A program made the position numbers and the translations under genes. A DNA stretch of 64,000 nt from Octopus sinensis (taxonomy: Eukaryota): NCBI RefSeq assembly GCF_006345805.1, contig NC_043012.1:14384001-14448000 (forward strand), read 5' to 3'. Below, piece after piece: positions 38,921 to 53,984 of the stretch; positions within the stretch are counted from its first letter, which is position 1, and each line of letters opens with the position of its first letter. The notes beneath the pieces are model-generated. The model was given only the letters and a program-made list of their open reading frames with translations. It ran no database searches and was not told the origin of the DNA.

Positions 38921-39479
38921 TTGCAACGAATAGGCACATCAATCAATTATCGTCAGCATAACGCATGCTCCCATACTCACTCGTCATTGGCGGCTGGTCG
39001 TGTCCTACTGTTGTAAAACAAAAATGCTCTGAAAAATATCATAGCTTGAATGATTTTATGAAGTTCACCTGAAATGATCAGATTTTCATAAGTCGTGTGA
39101 GAAAAAAAAACGATTTCTATGTCGACTATTGTACATTATTGCACATTTAGTTAATGACATCCTAATCCCTTCTTTGACCGGTACAATGAAGCCTACGCTT
39201 ACCTGATGAGGTCATAAGATGATATTAGTATTATTAATAATACTAGACGGTAGGAAGACATGTGGAGAACATATTAACCAAAGATAGGGGCAAAAAGAAG
39301 AATACGATTATTAAAAACCAATGTTTAAGGTTGGTGTATACCAGGTTCGATATAAATAAAAAGAGATGCTATATTAATAGCACTAGACAGTTAGAAACTA
39401 GGATGAGAATATATCGAGGCTCACATTAAGAAATTAATCACTATAAGGAGGGTATTTAGTGATTTTGATATGTGTAACA

Positions 39480-39944
39480 GGTGTGATGTTTATATTCTAA
39501 AATAACCAGATAAACGTAATAATCAAGGATTGCAAAAAATATACATCCTTTCTGATAGATATTGCAGTCCCTTCTGACTGGAATATTTCCCCAAAAGAAG
39601 TGAAAAAACTGTCAAAGTACAAAAATCTTGATATTTGAAATATTGAAGATGTGGAGCATGGAGGTGAAAACAATACCAGTTATAAGTAGAGGGTTAGGTA
39701 TGATAAAAAAAAAGCGTATGAAGAAAAAGGCAAAGACCATACTTAGATCCACAACACACTATCAAAAAATAGCTCTACTAGAAACAGCCTACATCCTACA
39801 GAAGACACCATCAACTCAACAGCACAATCCAAATTAAATAATCTACAAACACAAGACGCATTCTATAGATTAAATATCCAATGAAATACACACACACCAC
39901 AACATGTACTCTACATGCCAGATACCCAACAGAACACAACTCGC
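39480..39944 (+). mobile_element. Dong/R4-type LINE 3' fragment (restriction-like endonuclease domain)
   Basis: FLIDIAVPSDWNISPKEVKKLSKYKNLDI and KMWSMEVKTIPVISRGLGMIKK, followed by (AAT)n. Confidence 0.7.
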
Positions 39945-39989
<45 letters not shown>

Positions 39990-39990
39990 C

Positions 39991-40197
39991 CTTTCTACTA
40001 TAGTCAAAAGGCCTGGAATTTGGAGTAAGGGGACTAGTCGATTACATCGGCACCAGTGTATCACTGGTACTTAATTTATCAACCCCGAAAGAATGAAAGG
40101 TAAATTCGACCTCTGCGGAATTTGAACTCAGAACATAGCGACGGGCGAAATACCGCTAAGCATTTCGTCCAGCGTGCAAATGATTCTACCAGCTCAC
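39991..40197 (-). mobile_element. tRNA-derived SINE
   Basis: Reverse complement of the family at 24761 and 57874. Confidence 0.75.
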
Positions 40198-40231
40198 AGA
40201 CTTATATAATAATAATAATAATAATAATAAA

Positions 40232-40297
<66 letters not shown>

Positions 40298-40482
40298 CAT
40301 TATTATTATTATTATTATTGTTATTATTATTATTATTATAGTAATAACAACAACAATAAAAATTTCCAGGAGGGTTTTAAACATTTTGAAAGACTCGTGA
40401 AATCTTGTAGATACTTAAGGTTACAGCTATTAGCCCGCTACCCGCATACATTCTACAAGGAATAAGAACGAAAGTGTGTCAA

Positions 40483-40516
<34 letters not shown>

Positions 40517-41030
40517 GAGTGAGAGAGCAGTGCATGACATCAAAGTGAGACGATAAAATATACGAAGCCCAATATACCCATCATGACAACCCGTCTGATA
40601 AGAGTACACCAGACACATGCATCACACCCGCGACATGGTGATCACATATCAAGATAAACAGCACATGACCTTGCAGGTGTGGCCCAGTTAGAATTTTCTT
40701 CTGGTCAAGTAGCCCATCCCGCTCAAAAGGTCCCTGAATAAGGCTTGTTTAAGGATGCTGAACGAACCACCCATGTTTCCAAATGAGAATTATCCAAACC
40801 TCTAAGAATCCCTTTCAACACACGGTTATGATGCTCCCCCACTACTTCTGCTCGTGATCAGAGATGCAGATATCGTCAGTCACTAAGGGACATGGTCAAC
40901 TGGTTAAGGTCAAACAACTGACAAGCAAATCTGTGGTATTGAGCAGAATATTTGCTGTAGCTCATCTTTTATACCAAGACAAAACAATGTACACGATAAC
41001 ACTTCCAATCAGTTAAGATCAGAAGCCACA
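40517..41030. repeat. Unclassified interspersed-repeat-like segment flanked by (TTA)n
   Basis: GC-richer block bounded by TTA tracts on both sides; no ORF. Confidence 0.4.
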
Positions 41031-41049
41031 AGTTATTATTATTATTATT

Positions 41050-41424
41050 CAGTAGTTTTATTTTTATAGTGTGCTTTCACTTCACTACCGAGCACAGCTC
41101 TGTGTGCCTTGGGTATGTGCTGTGATTTGTTGTGATGCTCTGATGGTTATTGTATGGAAAGTGTTCTGCGTAGGATGTGTGCAGTGCCTAGTAGTGCAAT
41201 TTTCTGTATGTTATATGTGTTTGTAAGTCCTGGTGTTTTTGTTATGTATTTGTCTGAATATTTTTTTATCATGCCTAATGCACCTACTATGATAGGAATT
41301 GTTTCTGTTTTCAGATTCCACATTCTAGTTACCTCTATTTCCAGGTCTTTGTATTTTGAGAGTTTCTCCATTTCTTTTAGAGACACGTTGTCATCAGCCG
41401 GTATTGATACATCAATTAGGAAGC

Positions 41425-41426
<2 letters not shown>
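41050..41426 (-). mobile_element. Dong/R4-type LINE 3' fragment inserted in (TAA)n
   Basis: LIDVSIPAD..SLKEMEKLSKYKDLEIEVTRMWNLKTETIPIIVGALGMIKK (RLE domain), with TTA repeats on both flanks. Confidence 0.85.
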
Positions 41427-41460
<34 letters not shown>

Positions 41461-41513
41461 GTTTCCAACGCTATAAATCCTTTCCTTCACTATATACATT
41501 CTCTTCTCAACAG

Positions 41514-41643
41514 GTCAGCTAAGGCTGAAGTATCCGTTAACGTTCTCGAAGCCAACGACTATTCTCCTCAGTTCGAAACGCCACATGTATCGGTATCGAT
41601 AAGTGAGGCAACAGCTATAGGATCGAGAGTGACGAAACTACAA
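41514..41643 (+). CDS. Cadherin-repeat protein, internal exon (phase 2/0)
   Basis: Pyrimidine tract + CAG acceptor, CAA|GTACGT donor. Its first G completes the CG|G Arg codon from the previous exon, giving (R)SAKAEVSVNVLEANDYSPQFETPHVSVSISEATAIGSRVTKLQ. Confidence 0.9.
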
Positions 41644-41896
41644 GTACGTATCCTATAAAAATATTGCTATTATTGGCATCCGTAACTGTCGTGTGGTTAT
41701 ATTTTTACAATTTTTAAGCATTATCATCGCTTTTTTTTTTATTCTTTGTTTATGCATTTAGTTTTTTCTTTCAGTGAAATTATTTCTCTCATACACTCTT
41801 CTACTGTTGCATTCTTACACGTGTTCCTTCATTATGATCGTCTGTCCAATACAATGAAGTTTCAAATGTTCGCTTCTACAGTTCTTAGGTGTGACT

Positions 41897-42200
41897 GTGT
41901 GGTAAGAAGATGGCATTTCAACCACATAATTTAGGGTTCAATCCCACTGTGCCCCACCTTTAGCAGGTGACTTCTCCTAAAGCCCCGGGCCAACCGATTC
42001 TAATGAGTGCATTTAGAGAGATGCATACTAATAGAAGCCTGTCGCATATGTGTATGTGTGTTTGTCGACCACTACTGCTGCCTGACACCCGATGTTGGTT
42101 TATTTCGTCCCTGTAAGTTAGCGTTACAGCGATACTGCAAGTAGCAGGTTAAAAACCAAATAAGTACCTGGATTGATTCCTTCGACTAAAACTCATCAAG
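41897..42200 (+). mobile_element. Decayed SINE
   Basis: CTGTGTGGTAAGAAG...GGGTTCAATCCCACTG head and family body. Confidence 0.65.
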
Positions 42201-42298
42201 AGTAGCTCGACCTTAGAAAATATAACTCTGTAAATGCATACGTACATACATTCATACATGCTTACATACATATATGCATACAAACATATTATATATAC

Positions 42299-42547
42299 TC
42301 TCTCTTTACTCTTTTACTTGTTTCAGTCATTTGACTGCGACCATGCTGGAGCACCGCCTTTAGTCGAGCAAATCGACCCCAGGCCTTATTCTTTGTAAAC
42401 CTAGAACTTATTCTATCGGACTCTTTTGCCGAATTGCTAAGTTACGGGGATGTAAACACACCAGCATCGGTTGTCAAGCGATGTTGGGGGAACAAACACA
42501 GACACACAAACATACACACACACACACATACACACACACACACACAC

Positions 42548-42591
<44 letters not shown>

Positions 42592-42720
42592 TACGACGGC
42601 CTTCTTTGAGTTTCCGTCTACCATAACCACTCAGAAGGCTTTAATCGGCCCGAGGCTATAGTAGAAGACAGTTGCGCAAGGTGCCACGCAGTGGGACTGA
42701 ACCCGGAACCATTGGTTCTC
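42299..42720 (-). mobile_element. tRNA-derived SINE with internal (CA)/(TA) tract
   Basis: Family tail CTCTTTTACTTGTTTCAGTCATTTGACTGCG...GGAGCACCGCC and head GTGGGACTGAACCCGGAACCA read on +. Confidence 0.8.
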
Positions 42721-42795
42721 CCCTTACTACACAGAAACTCCTGCGCCTAATAGAAGCCTGTTGCATATGTGTGTGTATGTGTTTGTCGGCACATA

Positions 42796-42845
<50 letters not shown>

Positions 42846-43047
42846 TACACGAGTGGTACCGAAACATTCCTGGATTTGGGTAAAAGAAAATACAGGAGGA
42901 TCCGTTAATTTTGATTTTATCCAATCCCTCTCAGTTTCCAGCGGGTCTTTCAGATTTTCTAAGTGCTGTAAAAGAACTCGGAAGATTGGCCTCCAGCCAA
43001 GCCTTCCGTAATAGCTTTAAATCCAATTATGAGTACCCACTCGTGTG

Positions 43048-44200
<1,153 letters not shown>

Positions 44201-44393
44201 GAATAAACACATGAGAGGAAAGTGCTCACTCTCTCTCTGTCTCTCTGTCTCTCTCTTTCTCTCTCTCTCTCTCTTCGATTTAAGGGATCATGCTCGACAC
44301 TATGACGGTGACTGTCAGAGATAGATAGATAGACAGACACACACACGGACAGACACACAGATAGGTACATACATACATACATACATACATACA

Positions 44394-44426
<33 letters not shown>

Positions 44427-45729
44427 TACTGAAGTGTTTTTGTTAGGATGTAATTGCCCAGTATATTGTGCAAATGACAAATTTGCAATGCTATGTTTCG
44501 ACCCTTCTTTGCACATAACCCTCAGTTGCCCAACAAAAAAATGACTATATGTCAAGTACGTAACGACTATAAATCGGTACTAATTCCCGTCATATCACAA
44601 AATATTCTAATAAGAAGCAAGTTGGTTAATAAATAAATTAAACAGAATCCTGTTAAAATATCTCCTGCGAATAAAAACTAAAATGGTAAACACTGTTTGT
44701 TGTTTTACTGGCATTACTCGTTGCACTGTGGACATATAGGGACACTGCTCTCAAAGAAATAATCAATTATATCGATTTCAACCCCAATACATGTCGACCT
44801 GTGCAAACTTGGAAGGACGAATAGCAATGCTCACCTGTGCCAGAATTAAACATAGTACATGTCGAAAGTTCTGTTTATTCTATTAGGTGCAGGAGTGGCA
44901 CTCTACATACTCAGAATTATTCCATAAGCTGTGATATTTACAATGAAACATGATTAATGAAATATGATTAATTTTAATTAATCAAATTTATGATTGATCA
45001 TAAACTGGAATTGATCAAACTTAAAAGTTAACATTTTGAAGAGTTCTTGTGATAGGTATATCGTGAAATTGTATATTAAAAGTTTTACTATTAGAAATGC
45101 GAAAGTCACATGGATTCTTGTCTTCGGCACATGTAGAACTGGAATCTTAAACTGCGCCATAAAATACCTAAATGACAATAATGAAAGTGAAGAAAGAATC
45201 GTTCAGATCTCTGCAATATTACTACTGCCACGTGTACAGCATTATGATTAGTTCAAATATTAATATCCGGTTTCTGTCAACGTTACTGGTTGAAATGAAA
45301 AACAGCTGTAGAATATTGACCAATGAAATGCGTGCATTACTGCTATAACATAGTAATAGAATAACTAGAGCTGTGCACGTGGATAGAGATTGAATACATC
45401 CTAATTAGATATGGTGTCACAATAGAATTGGTTTTAGTTTATTTATCTGTTTCCTCTCTGCAACTAAATAGGTTAATCTAGTTAAATATTGATCCAAGAA
45501 TTCAAATAATTATACTTTTCAGACAACACGTATATGAACATAAGATGCCTCTCTGTGAAAGAACATTCTCAAAACGCAGATGGTAGACGTATACGTTGAA
45601 TATATACGATTCATTACGATACGCATCAGAATATTCTATTAAACATACGCACACACACATGTATACTAGTGGATGCATTATCTCTCTCTCTTTCTGCCTT
45701 TATATATATATACACACACACACACATAC

Positions 45730-45774
<45 letters not shown>

Positions 45775-45907
45775 CGTCATTTAAAAAATATATTCCGCCT
45801 TTAGCCATCATATATCGTTATTATCTACCGTCGCACATAACGTACAAAGACACATTGAATGATTCCATTCCGGTTCTTTTGTCCAAACTTTATACACACA
45901 CATGCAG

Positions 45908-45955
<48 letters not shown>

Positions 45956-46470
45956 ATATATCTATATATTAGATATAGATATATATAGATATAGATATAT
46001 ATAGACATAGATATAGATATAGATATATAGATATAGATATATATAGATATAGATATATAGATATAGATATATATAGACTAGATATATAGATATAGATATA
46101 TATATATGATATAGATATATATAGACATAGATATATAGATATAGATATATATATATATATATATATAATATATATATATATAAAAGTTTTTTCGGAATAA
46201 AAATTTAGCAATTAAGGACAACTACTTAATAAGGAAAACTTAACAAGAATTGTCAGGTAGATAGCGTAAAAACCTCATAAGAGAAAAAATTTCGAAAATA
46301 ATTATTTCTTATTGAACATATTAATTTATATATAGAGGGCATTATACATACATGCCAGAAGGCATTATACATACATGCCAAACGCTAAGAGGGACAATTA
46401 GTCATTTCTACCAAAAATATTACTAATCCCACCGAATGCAATTTTTCAAAGTAAGACATTTAAAAAATAT

Positions 46471-46518
46471 AGACCTGTATCACAGTGATTTCATACTTAC
46501 GTACTCATCAGCAGGCCT
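46471..46518 (-). ncRNA. Type I minimal hammerhead ribozyme motif (mirror of 46835-46882)
   Basis: Exact reverse complement of the + copy. Confidence 0.85.
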
Positions 46519-46834
46519 GAATGTATTATAAATAAACAACGACCCCTGCCCGCTTAAGCCGATCAGCTAACTGCTCAACATCAACGAAGCACATGGGTGA
46601 GTTTACATATATTACACCGGATAAATGGCAAACTTTTACGAATTGCATTAAGTAGTTGTCCTTAATTGCTAAATTTTATTCCGAAAAAACTTTTCCTCTC
46701 CCGAAATGCAATTCGTAAAAGTTTGCCATTTATCCGGATGTAATATATGTAAACTCACCCATGTGCTTCGTTGATGTTGAGCAGTTAGCTGATCGGCTTA
46801 GGCGGGGCAGGGTCGTTTTATTTATAATACATTC

Positions 46835-46882
46835 AGGCCTGCTGATGAGTACGTAAGTATGAAATCACTGTGATACAGGTCT
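46835..46882 (+). ncRNA. Type I minimal hammerhead ribozyme motif
   Basis: AGGCCTG-CTGATGA-GTAC-GTAA-GTAT-GAAA-TCAC-T-GTGA-TA-CAGGTCT: 7-bp stem I, GNRA-capped stem II, palindromic stem III with a 1-nt loop; predicted cleavage after 46875. Confidence 0.87.
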
Positions 46883-47635
46883 ATATTTTTTAAATGTCTT
46901 ACTTTGAAAAATGCATTCGGTGGGATTAGTAATATTTTTGGTAGAAATGACTAATTGTCCCTCTTAGCGTTTGGCATGTATGTATAATGCCTTCTGGCAT
47001 GTATGTATAATGCCCTCTATATATAAATTATATATATATATAGATAAGATATATAGATATATATATATATATATATATATAATAAGGTATGTAGAAAAAT
47101 ACAACATGGACAAGAACGTATAACTCATAGAAGACGATACAATAAACATGGACAGGACATTCGAACCCCTCAGTCTTCAGTCAAGAACCGGATCATCGTA
47201 GTAATTTCGGCTGATTAATCTTGAGATTACTAGATCACGGCCAGCCTCCAAGAAAAACTAAGCTGGAAGCGTAGATTTCCTGGAAGAAGGATCGAATGCA
47301 TACGAACACCAGGACAGCAAAAGGGACAGATATAAAAAAAACAAAAAAACAATAATGGAATACAGAAACATGAAATACAGAAGCATTAACGGTGAAAACA
47401 ACAAGTGTCTTACGACTGATAACAAGCAAACAAATTTTTTCTCTGGCGCATAGATTTAGATATATATAGATATATATATATAGAGATATATATAGATAGA
47501 TATATATAGAGATATATATAGAGATATATATAGATATATATATATAGAGATATATAGATATATATATATAGAGATATATATAGATATATATATATATATA
47601 TATAGATATATATAGATATATATAGATATAGATAG

Positions 47636-47685
<50 letters not shown>

Positions 47686-47816
47686 GATATAGATATATAT
47701 ATAGATATATATATATATATATATATAGATATATATATATATAGATATATATATAGATATATATATATAGATATAGATATATATATATATATAGAGAGAT
47801 ATATATATATATATAG

Positions 47817-47856
<40 letters not shown>

Positions 47857-47860
47857 TATA

Positions 47861-47899
<39 letters not shown>

Positions 47900-48769
47900 T
47901 GCGTGTGTGTGTGAAAAGATTGAATTATATTTCATCCTTTAATTTGGAGGGTTCCAAAAAAGCGATTCCTGGTGAAGATTCTTCATATTTTGCTGGTCGC
48001 TTACTGGCGCAAGTTTGCGAATATGAAAATAATACTTGTATATGGTGTGTTATGAGAATTTATGGAAAGGTATCCCATAGAACTCAAAAAATTTGTTAAA
48101 AATGGAGAAGAGATGTTAAAACTTGAAAGAATTTTAATACATGCATGCGATCGTTTCAAACAGCGATATTAAAACATGTAAATTTATGATATATATACAG
48201 ATATATACAGCACCAGGGAAGACCCTCGAAATTGATAATAATCAACCATCAATCGCTTCATAGTCGCACATCGTTAATCCTCTTATCCTTCCAACCATCC
48301 ACCAAGTCAACTTTGGTATTACCTTACCATAACAATCAATCAATTTTATGATTCAACTGTATTACTTGCCAGCATTTGTAAATCTATCCCACGTCACCGT
48401 ATATTTGTAAATTTATTTCTAATTTATACGGGAACTGAACAGGGAACGGGATAGGACATGAAACAGTGTAATGGGAACGGGGACTGGAAATAACCCCCGC
48501 TTTTCTGAGTATTACCGGGTAATGAAGCTAGTGTATTTATATGTGTGTGTACGTGTGTGTGTGTGTGTGTACGTGCGTGTGTGTGCGTGTGTGTGTGTGT
48601 GTATAAAAAGAAACATGACAAAAGAATAAATTATTATTTTATGAACTTCATTATCTTACAACTGTTTCTGCTATTAGACGTAGTGGACTCATAGTTGAGT
48701 GCCTGAATAACACCTTATAGCTTCATCGGACCCTCGGATGTATATATATATATATATATCACGTGATCA

Positions 48770-49066
48770 CGTGACCGACCAGATCATCAGATGTTGCTAT
48801 ACATCGCTGGTCACAATGCGTTCGCATTGTTTTTTAGCCTTCGAATGACGCCACACCGCTGGCTAAGCGAGCAGGCCAACAGAAGAAAGAGTGGGAGAAA
48901 GAGTGATGAAGGAGTACAGCAGGGACCACCATCCCCTGCCGGAGCCTCCTGGAGCTTTTAGGTGTTTTCGCTCAATAAACACACACAACGCCCGGTCTGG
49001 GAATCGAAACCGCGATCCTACGACAGCGAGTTCGCTGCCCTAACCACTGGGCCATTGCGCCTCCAC
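48770..49066 (-). mobile_element. tRNA-derived SINE
   Basis: Minus-strand head GGCGCAATGGCCCAGTGGTTAGGGCAG...GGTTTCGATTCCC. Confidence 0.8.
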
Positions 49067-49099
49067 ACACACACACACACACACCACACACACACACAC

Positions 49100-49170
<71 letters not shown>

Positions 49171-49199
49171 AGGGGATTTTTTTTAACCACTATGTGGAA

Positions 49200-49620
49200 A
49201 CCCTTATGCTAGAAGATCCGCTAAAGCGAGAGAATGGATGAGGAGCGGATGATAAGGAGAGTGATGAAGGCTGAAGTGGTAGACAGCAGAGGCAGACCTC
49301 GGTTTGTGTGGAAGGATGAAGTGAGGAAAACTTTGGGGGTTGGAGGTGTTGGAGTGAGAGAGGCAAGAGAGTTTATAAATGATAGGAAAGCTTGGAGAGT
49401 GTTTGTGGAGGGATGAGTGAATTTTAACGTTACTCAAAGGGGTTCGGGGGTAAACCAGCATATACTGTCAGGCCTCGTTGCTGATATTGGGGATTTCGTT
49501 CTATGCTTGATCCGACCATAGAACGGGTTTCGCCCCTTTCAGCTGAGAAATGAATGGAAGGCCTGATATGTGTCTTGCTATGGTTACCCACTCCTAAAAA
49601 GTATGGAGATAGGCCTGTGT
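49200..49620 (+). mobile_element. RTE-clade LINE 3' fragment
   Basis: RMDEERMIRRVMKAEVVDSRGRPRFVWKDEVRKTL...DRKAWRVFV* matches the RTE C-terminal RGRP-W-D-V pattern; a 3' UTR follows. Confidence 0.75.
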
Positions 49621-49634
49621 ATATATATATATAA

Positions 49635-50032
49635 CTAGCAGTATCGCCCGGCGTTGCTCGGGTTTGTAAGGGAAATAACTATATAAGCATTTTTAGAGAG
49701 TTATAGCCAAAAAATAGCAAAAAATGCATTAAAAATGGAAAAAAAATTATAGTAAATTTTTTTTAAATCGTTGACTCATCGTAGACATTTTTAGAGAGTT
49801 ACTTCCCTTATATTTAAAAAAATATGCGTTAAAATGGAAAAAAATAATGGTAAATTATTTTTAAAATCGTAGACTCATCGTAGACGCGCGTTAATACCCA
49901 GAAGGGCTTGATATGAATCACGACTATAAGACACCCGGTTTTGGTTAAACTGCACCGCAAAATGTGGGAGTAGTTAGGAATCTAAATCGAAGGGGACAGA
50001 CACTCACACAACTACAGTTTTATATATAAAGA
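49635..50032 (-). mobile_element. Non-autonomous Helitron
   Basis: Minus strand: A|TCTTTATATATAAAA 5' end, 3' hairpin CCCGAGCAACGCCGGG, then ...CTAG|T; no TSD. Confidence 0.82.
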
Positions 50033-51949
50033 TATCTCGGACGAGTGTTTTTTATAATAGCTCCAGACCGTTGTTGGTTTGTTTGCGTCCCAGCAGCTTA
50101 GCGATCCAGCAAATGATACCGATAGAAAAATATCAGGCTTAAAATATACACTGAGGTCGATTTGTGCGGCTAAACTTTTCAAGCACTGCCCCAATATGGC
50201 AGCAGTTCAAAGACTGAAACAAACATATGACAAAGATGCTAATTCTTTCTGTCTTTTTTCAAGATAGGAGCAATGGGTACAATAATTTCATCAAGTGGAT
50301 GGAATTAAACTTTTAGTTAAAAAATCTTTGATTCATTGTCTGAAAAGAAATAATTTCTCATTCCTCTGAATGGAACTAAAACTTTTCGGCATTATGTAAA
50401 ACAAGATTATTGGGAAAGCAGCCTTAGATATTTCTTGTCAATGAAATAACTTCAATATTAAGAAAAATCTATTGTTGCCTCCACTTTTGTTTTGCTTCAC
50501 ATAATGCTAAGTAGCTTCTGGGGTGAAACGAAAACTATAAAATCAAGCAACTAAACAAAAATGATCACAATTCAATATGCAGAAACAGCAACCAGCCGTG
50601 ATATTTAAAAATAAGATATTGTCTGTTTTTCTTTGGTGAGTTGAAGGTGGGATGTGCAACAATCAAAACCATTGTGAAAATATAGAGGAGATAAAACGCA
50701 CGAAAGATTACATATTTAACACCTAAATGCCCAAAGAATATATGATCAGTTCTTTATAAAGAGATGTCAGAATGTGCTTTACATTACCCGCAAATAATTT
50801 TCAACTCTTGGTTCACTAGCATGCACATAAATAAAGGTTGTCATAATCGTGTCAATAGATACATCATATGCTTTTGGAGGTAATCTAGAAAATAGACTGC
50901 AGCTGTAAAATCTAGCTCATATTCCAGTTCACTGCTTTCTTTTATATTCCGGTCTCTTAGAAAAAGGATATTACTCTTAACAATAAACTTAGAATATAGT
51001 TATTTGGATTTAGCTTTCATTTTTGAATCCTGAAAGATATTTCTATACGTTTTTGTTTACAACTTTATGAAAATATCTATATTTCATAAATCTCTTGAGT
51101 TATGATATAAAGTTTTCATCGGATGAAAAAAAAAACTTATGAGATATTTTGTGACTCTATCAGCGGTTGAAAAATTCCCTTCGTCTATTATTTCCGTTCT
51201 GCTGTTTCTGTTATGAATTGCATTTTAATTTATATAACCATACATTCTAGTATAGCTGGACTGAATCAGCTGACACTATTGTATATGTTCTTTGTATTCT
51301 GCTATAAAAAAAAATTATTTTACGCTACGTAGACGTAACGTCTGCTTAACACAAGTGAATAAAAACTTTTACGTTGCGGTAACCTGAAAATGATAACAAT
51401 AAGGGTTGATAATGCCTGACGATGGTATTGTTGTCAGAACTAATCGGAAATTTGCGATTAAGAATATTGGTTTCTCATAATGACCCAAAATAAATTTATC
51501 GAAGGTGGATAATTGATCATAGAAAGGCGAAACATTTTACAATACATTCTTTTAAGTGCTATATTCAAATTTCACATAGTAACCATTAGTCCTTCGTATC
51601 TTGTTGAAATAAATAGTAAAACTGTTGAGTCGATTCAATTAACTGTTATTTCTCACAACAATTTGTCGTTTCCTTGCGTTAGTGATTGAAATCCTTTTAT
51701 AAATCAAAAACATTGATCAAGTCAATGTGAAGATGAATTGTTGCATGGAATATATTCTAATGTTTTATTGTTACAAGTAAGGGTAACACGGAATATCTGG
51801 AGTTCTTTGATTTTTTTGGATTGTTCCTTTTACTCTTAGTTTTCCATAATCCATTCTGTGTAAAACTACACTGTTTCTGTAACTTGATCTCCAAATGTCC
51901 CCTCATCCATTGCCCCTGTGGCAAATAAAGAAACTATTATTATTCATAT

Positions 51950-53235
51950 TATATGTTTGACTTTTGCTTTGTATTCGTACAAGTTGACTCCAAGTCTCAC
52001 CCAGAGACTTCAAGAGTCAACAAGTTAGAAGTTCAAGTTGGTGTTATGAAAATTAGAAGTTTGTTTTAAAATTTGAGATTACAGAAATAGTATTTTACGT
52101 AGGATATATGCAGTTCCCATTTGCACTATCTTTTGAATTTCTCCCATTTGGGGGTTTCCTGGTATCTGAGTTAGGTAGGAATCAGCCCCTTTTGCTATCA
52201 TTTCTAGGGTACCTATGACAACAGGTATTGTTTTAATTTTGAATTTCCGCATTTTTGCCAATTTCTATTTCAAGATCTTTATACTTGCTCAGTTTTTTGG
52301 TAGATCTTGACAGATACAATTATGTCGATTGGGACAGTCATATCAATGAGGAGGCATGATTTTTGTCTGAAGTTTTTCAATATAATGCCTGGCCTATTCG
52401 CATCTATCATTCTGTCAGTTTAAACGGTGAAGTTCCAGAGGAGTGAGATATGATCATATGCAAGCACTGGAGGAGGATTGTGTTCCCACCAACTTTTATC
52501 ATGAGGCAGGTCCAGGTTTTTCCAAATTACCCACTGTGCTGTTCTATCATGATTGTTGAAATACTCTGTCGGTGCAAGAAAACTGCACATGGAGACAATA
52601 TGATCAATGGTTTCATTTTGTTGTTTGCATACACGACATGTTGGACGATTACCGTTCTTTAATATGTTGGCCTGGTAACTCCTTGCATGTCGGCATTGAT
52701 CTGGGACTGCTGCAATAATTTCTGTTTCTGATTTTAAACCAGAAGACACTAACCATTGATGAGTAAGTGCTGTGTCGACATCGGCAATTCTTAGCTCTTT
52801 TGGGGTATTTGCTATTCAGAGGGTTTTTTTGTCATTTATCAGTAAAAATATCTGTGGAAGCAGTTTTAGCACAGGTTTTCGTACGCTTGGCTTTTTCTGT
52901 GCTTGTTTCTAGTAAGTCTGATTCTGGGATTTGTTGTATTTGGAATTCACTTAGATATTTCTTTGCCTGTTTTGTTGCTGAGTATGATGCTTTCTTGTTT
53001 TCAAGTTTTAAGACAAGTTTTAATATCTAGTCACCAGAGTTATTCAGATCGGTGTTTAGGCCAATTGTAGCAATCTTCATTGTTCATTCCAGTTGTAAAA
53101 GGCCACGGACACCCTCTTTTCTCGGCAAGTAAAATCGTTATCCGTCTGCCTTAGACTGGTGCATTCTATGCAGTGTCAACAATTTTCGTGTTTTTTCTGT
53201 CAAGATTACATATTTCAGTAATTGACCAGTTAATG
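51950..53235 (-). mobile_element. Dong/R4-type LINE 3' fragment (CCHC knuckle + RLE), decayed
   Basis: LKSETE..IAA..DQ, CRVCKQQNETIDHIVSMC and IDMTVPID..SVKI..KLSKYKDLEIE..KMRKFKIKTIPVVIGTLEMI; short TAA runs at both ends. Confidence 0.85.
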
Positions 53236-53334
53236 ATATTATTATTATTATTTTTAATCTCAAGTTTTGTTGGAAGTCCTGGAGTCTTGCATGTGTAGCT
53301 CATTCATTTATGCTAAGATCAAAAATATATTTTA

Positions 53335-53559
53335 CCTTTCACTTGTTTCAGTCATTTGACTGCGGCCATACTGGAGGGTTTTAATCAAACAAATCGATCT
53401 CAGGACTTGTTTTTTTTTTAAAGCTTAGTACTTATTTTATCGGTTTCTTTTGCTAAGTTATGTGAACGTAAACACACCGACAGCAATTGTCAAGTGGTGG
53501 TGGTACTGGACAAACAAACACACACACATCCACACAAACACACACACACACAGACACAG

Positions 53560-53596
<37 letters not shown>

Positions 53597-53725
53597 AGAC
53601 GGGCTTTTATCAGTTTCGGTCTACCAAACCCACTGGCGATGATAGAAGACACTTCGTCCAAGCTGCTTCGCAGTGGGACACAACTTGGAACTATGTGGTT
53701 GCAAAGCAGCATCCTTACCACCCAG
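53335..53725 (-). mobile_element. Decayed SINE
   Basis: Same family as 42299-42720. Confidence 0.7.
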
Positions 53726-53984
53726 TTCCTATATATAGAACAGCATTTATTTATGCACAGCTTAACGAAAATAAGAATTGAAGAGAATTTAATATTCTAA
53801 AGCCTTACTGTGACTTAAATAAAAAATAAGCCGGTAAACTCATCCCTTCGATACTATTGACTTTCAGGAATAGCGAGGAAGTATCCTCACGGACCGTTTC
53901 GCGATTTTTTTACCTTTTCTATCTGCCAGAAGACTCCGTCCCTTTTTTCTCTGAAGATATAAATAATAGGAGAAATATTCTTTT

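Larger units (their letters stand above)
46322..47030. mobile_element. Foldback pair of PLE-type pseudo-LTRs (arms 46322-46649 and 46705-47030)
   Basis: Near-perfect ~325-bp inverted arms, each with a hammerhead. In addition, 46183-46229 is inverted to 46647-46694. Flanked by TA/GATATA arrays. Confidence 0.82.

Noticed and set aside
39198-39254. CTTAC-CTGATGA-GGTCATAAGAT-GATA-palindrome-GTAGG
   Set aside because: GATA instead of GAAA, an incomplete stem II and no NUH site; too degenerate.
47150-47190. Minus-strand CTGAAGA...GAAT motif
   Set aside because: Stem II does not pair and GAAA is absent.
48651-48735. Minus-strand CCGATGA...GAAA-CAGTTG-TA hammerhead-like motif
   Set aside because: Stems II and III are plausible, but the core is mutated and stem I does not pair; at most a relic.
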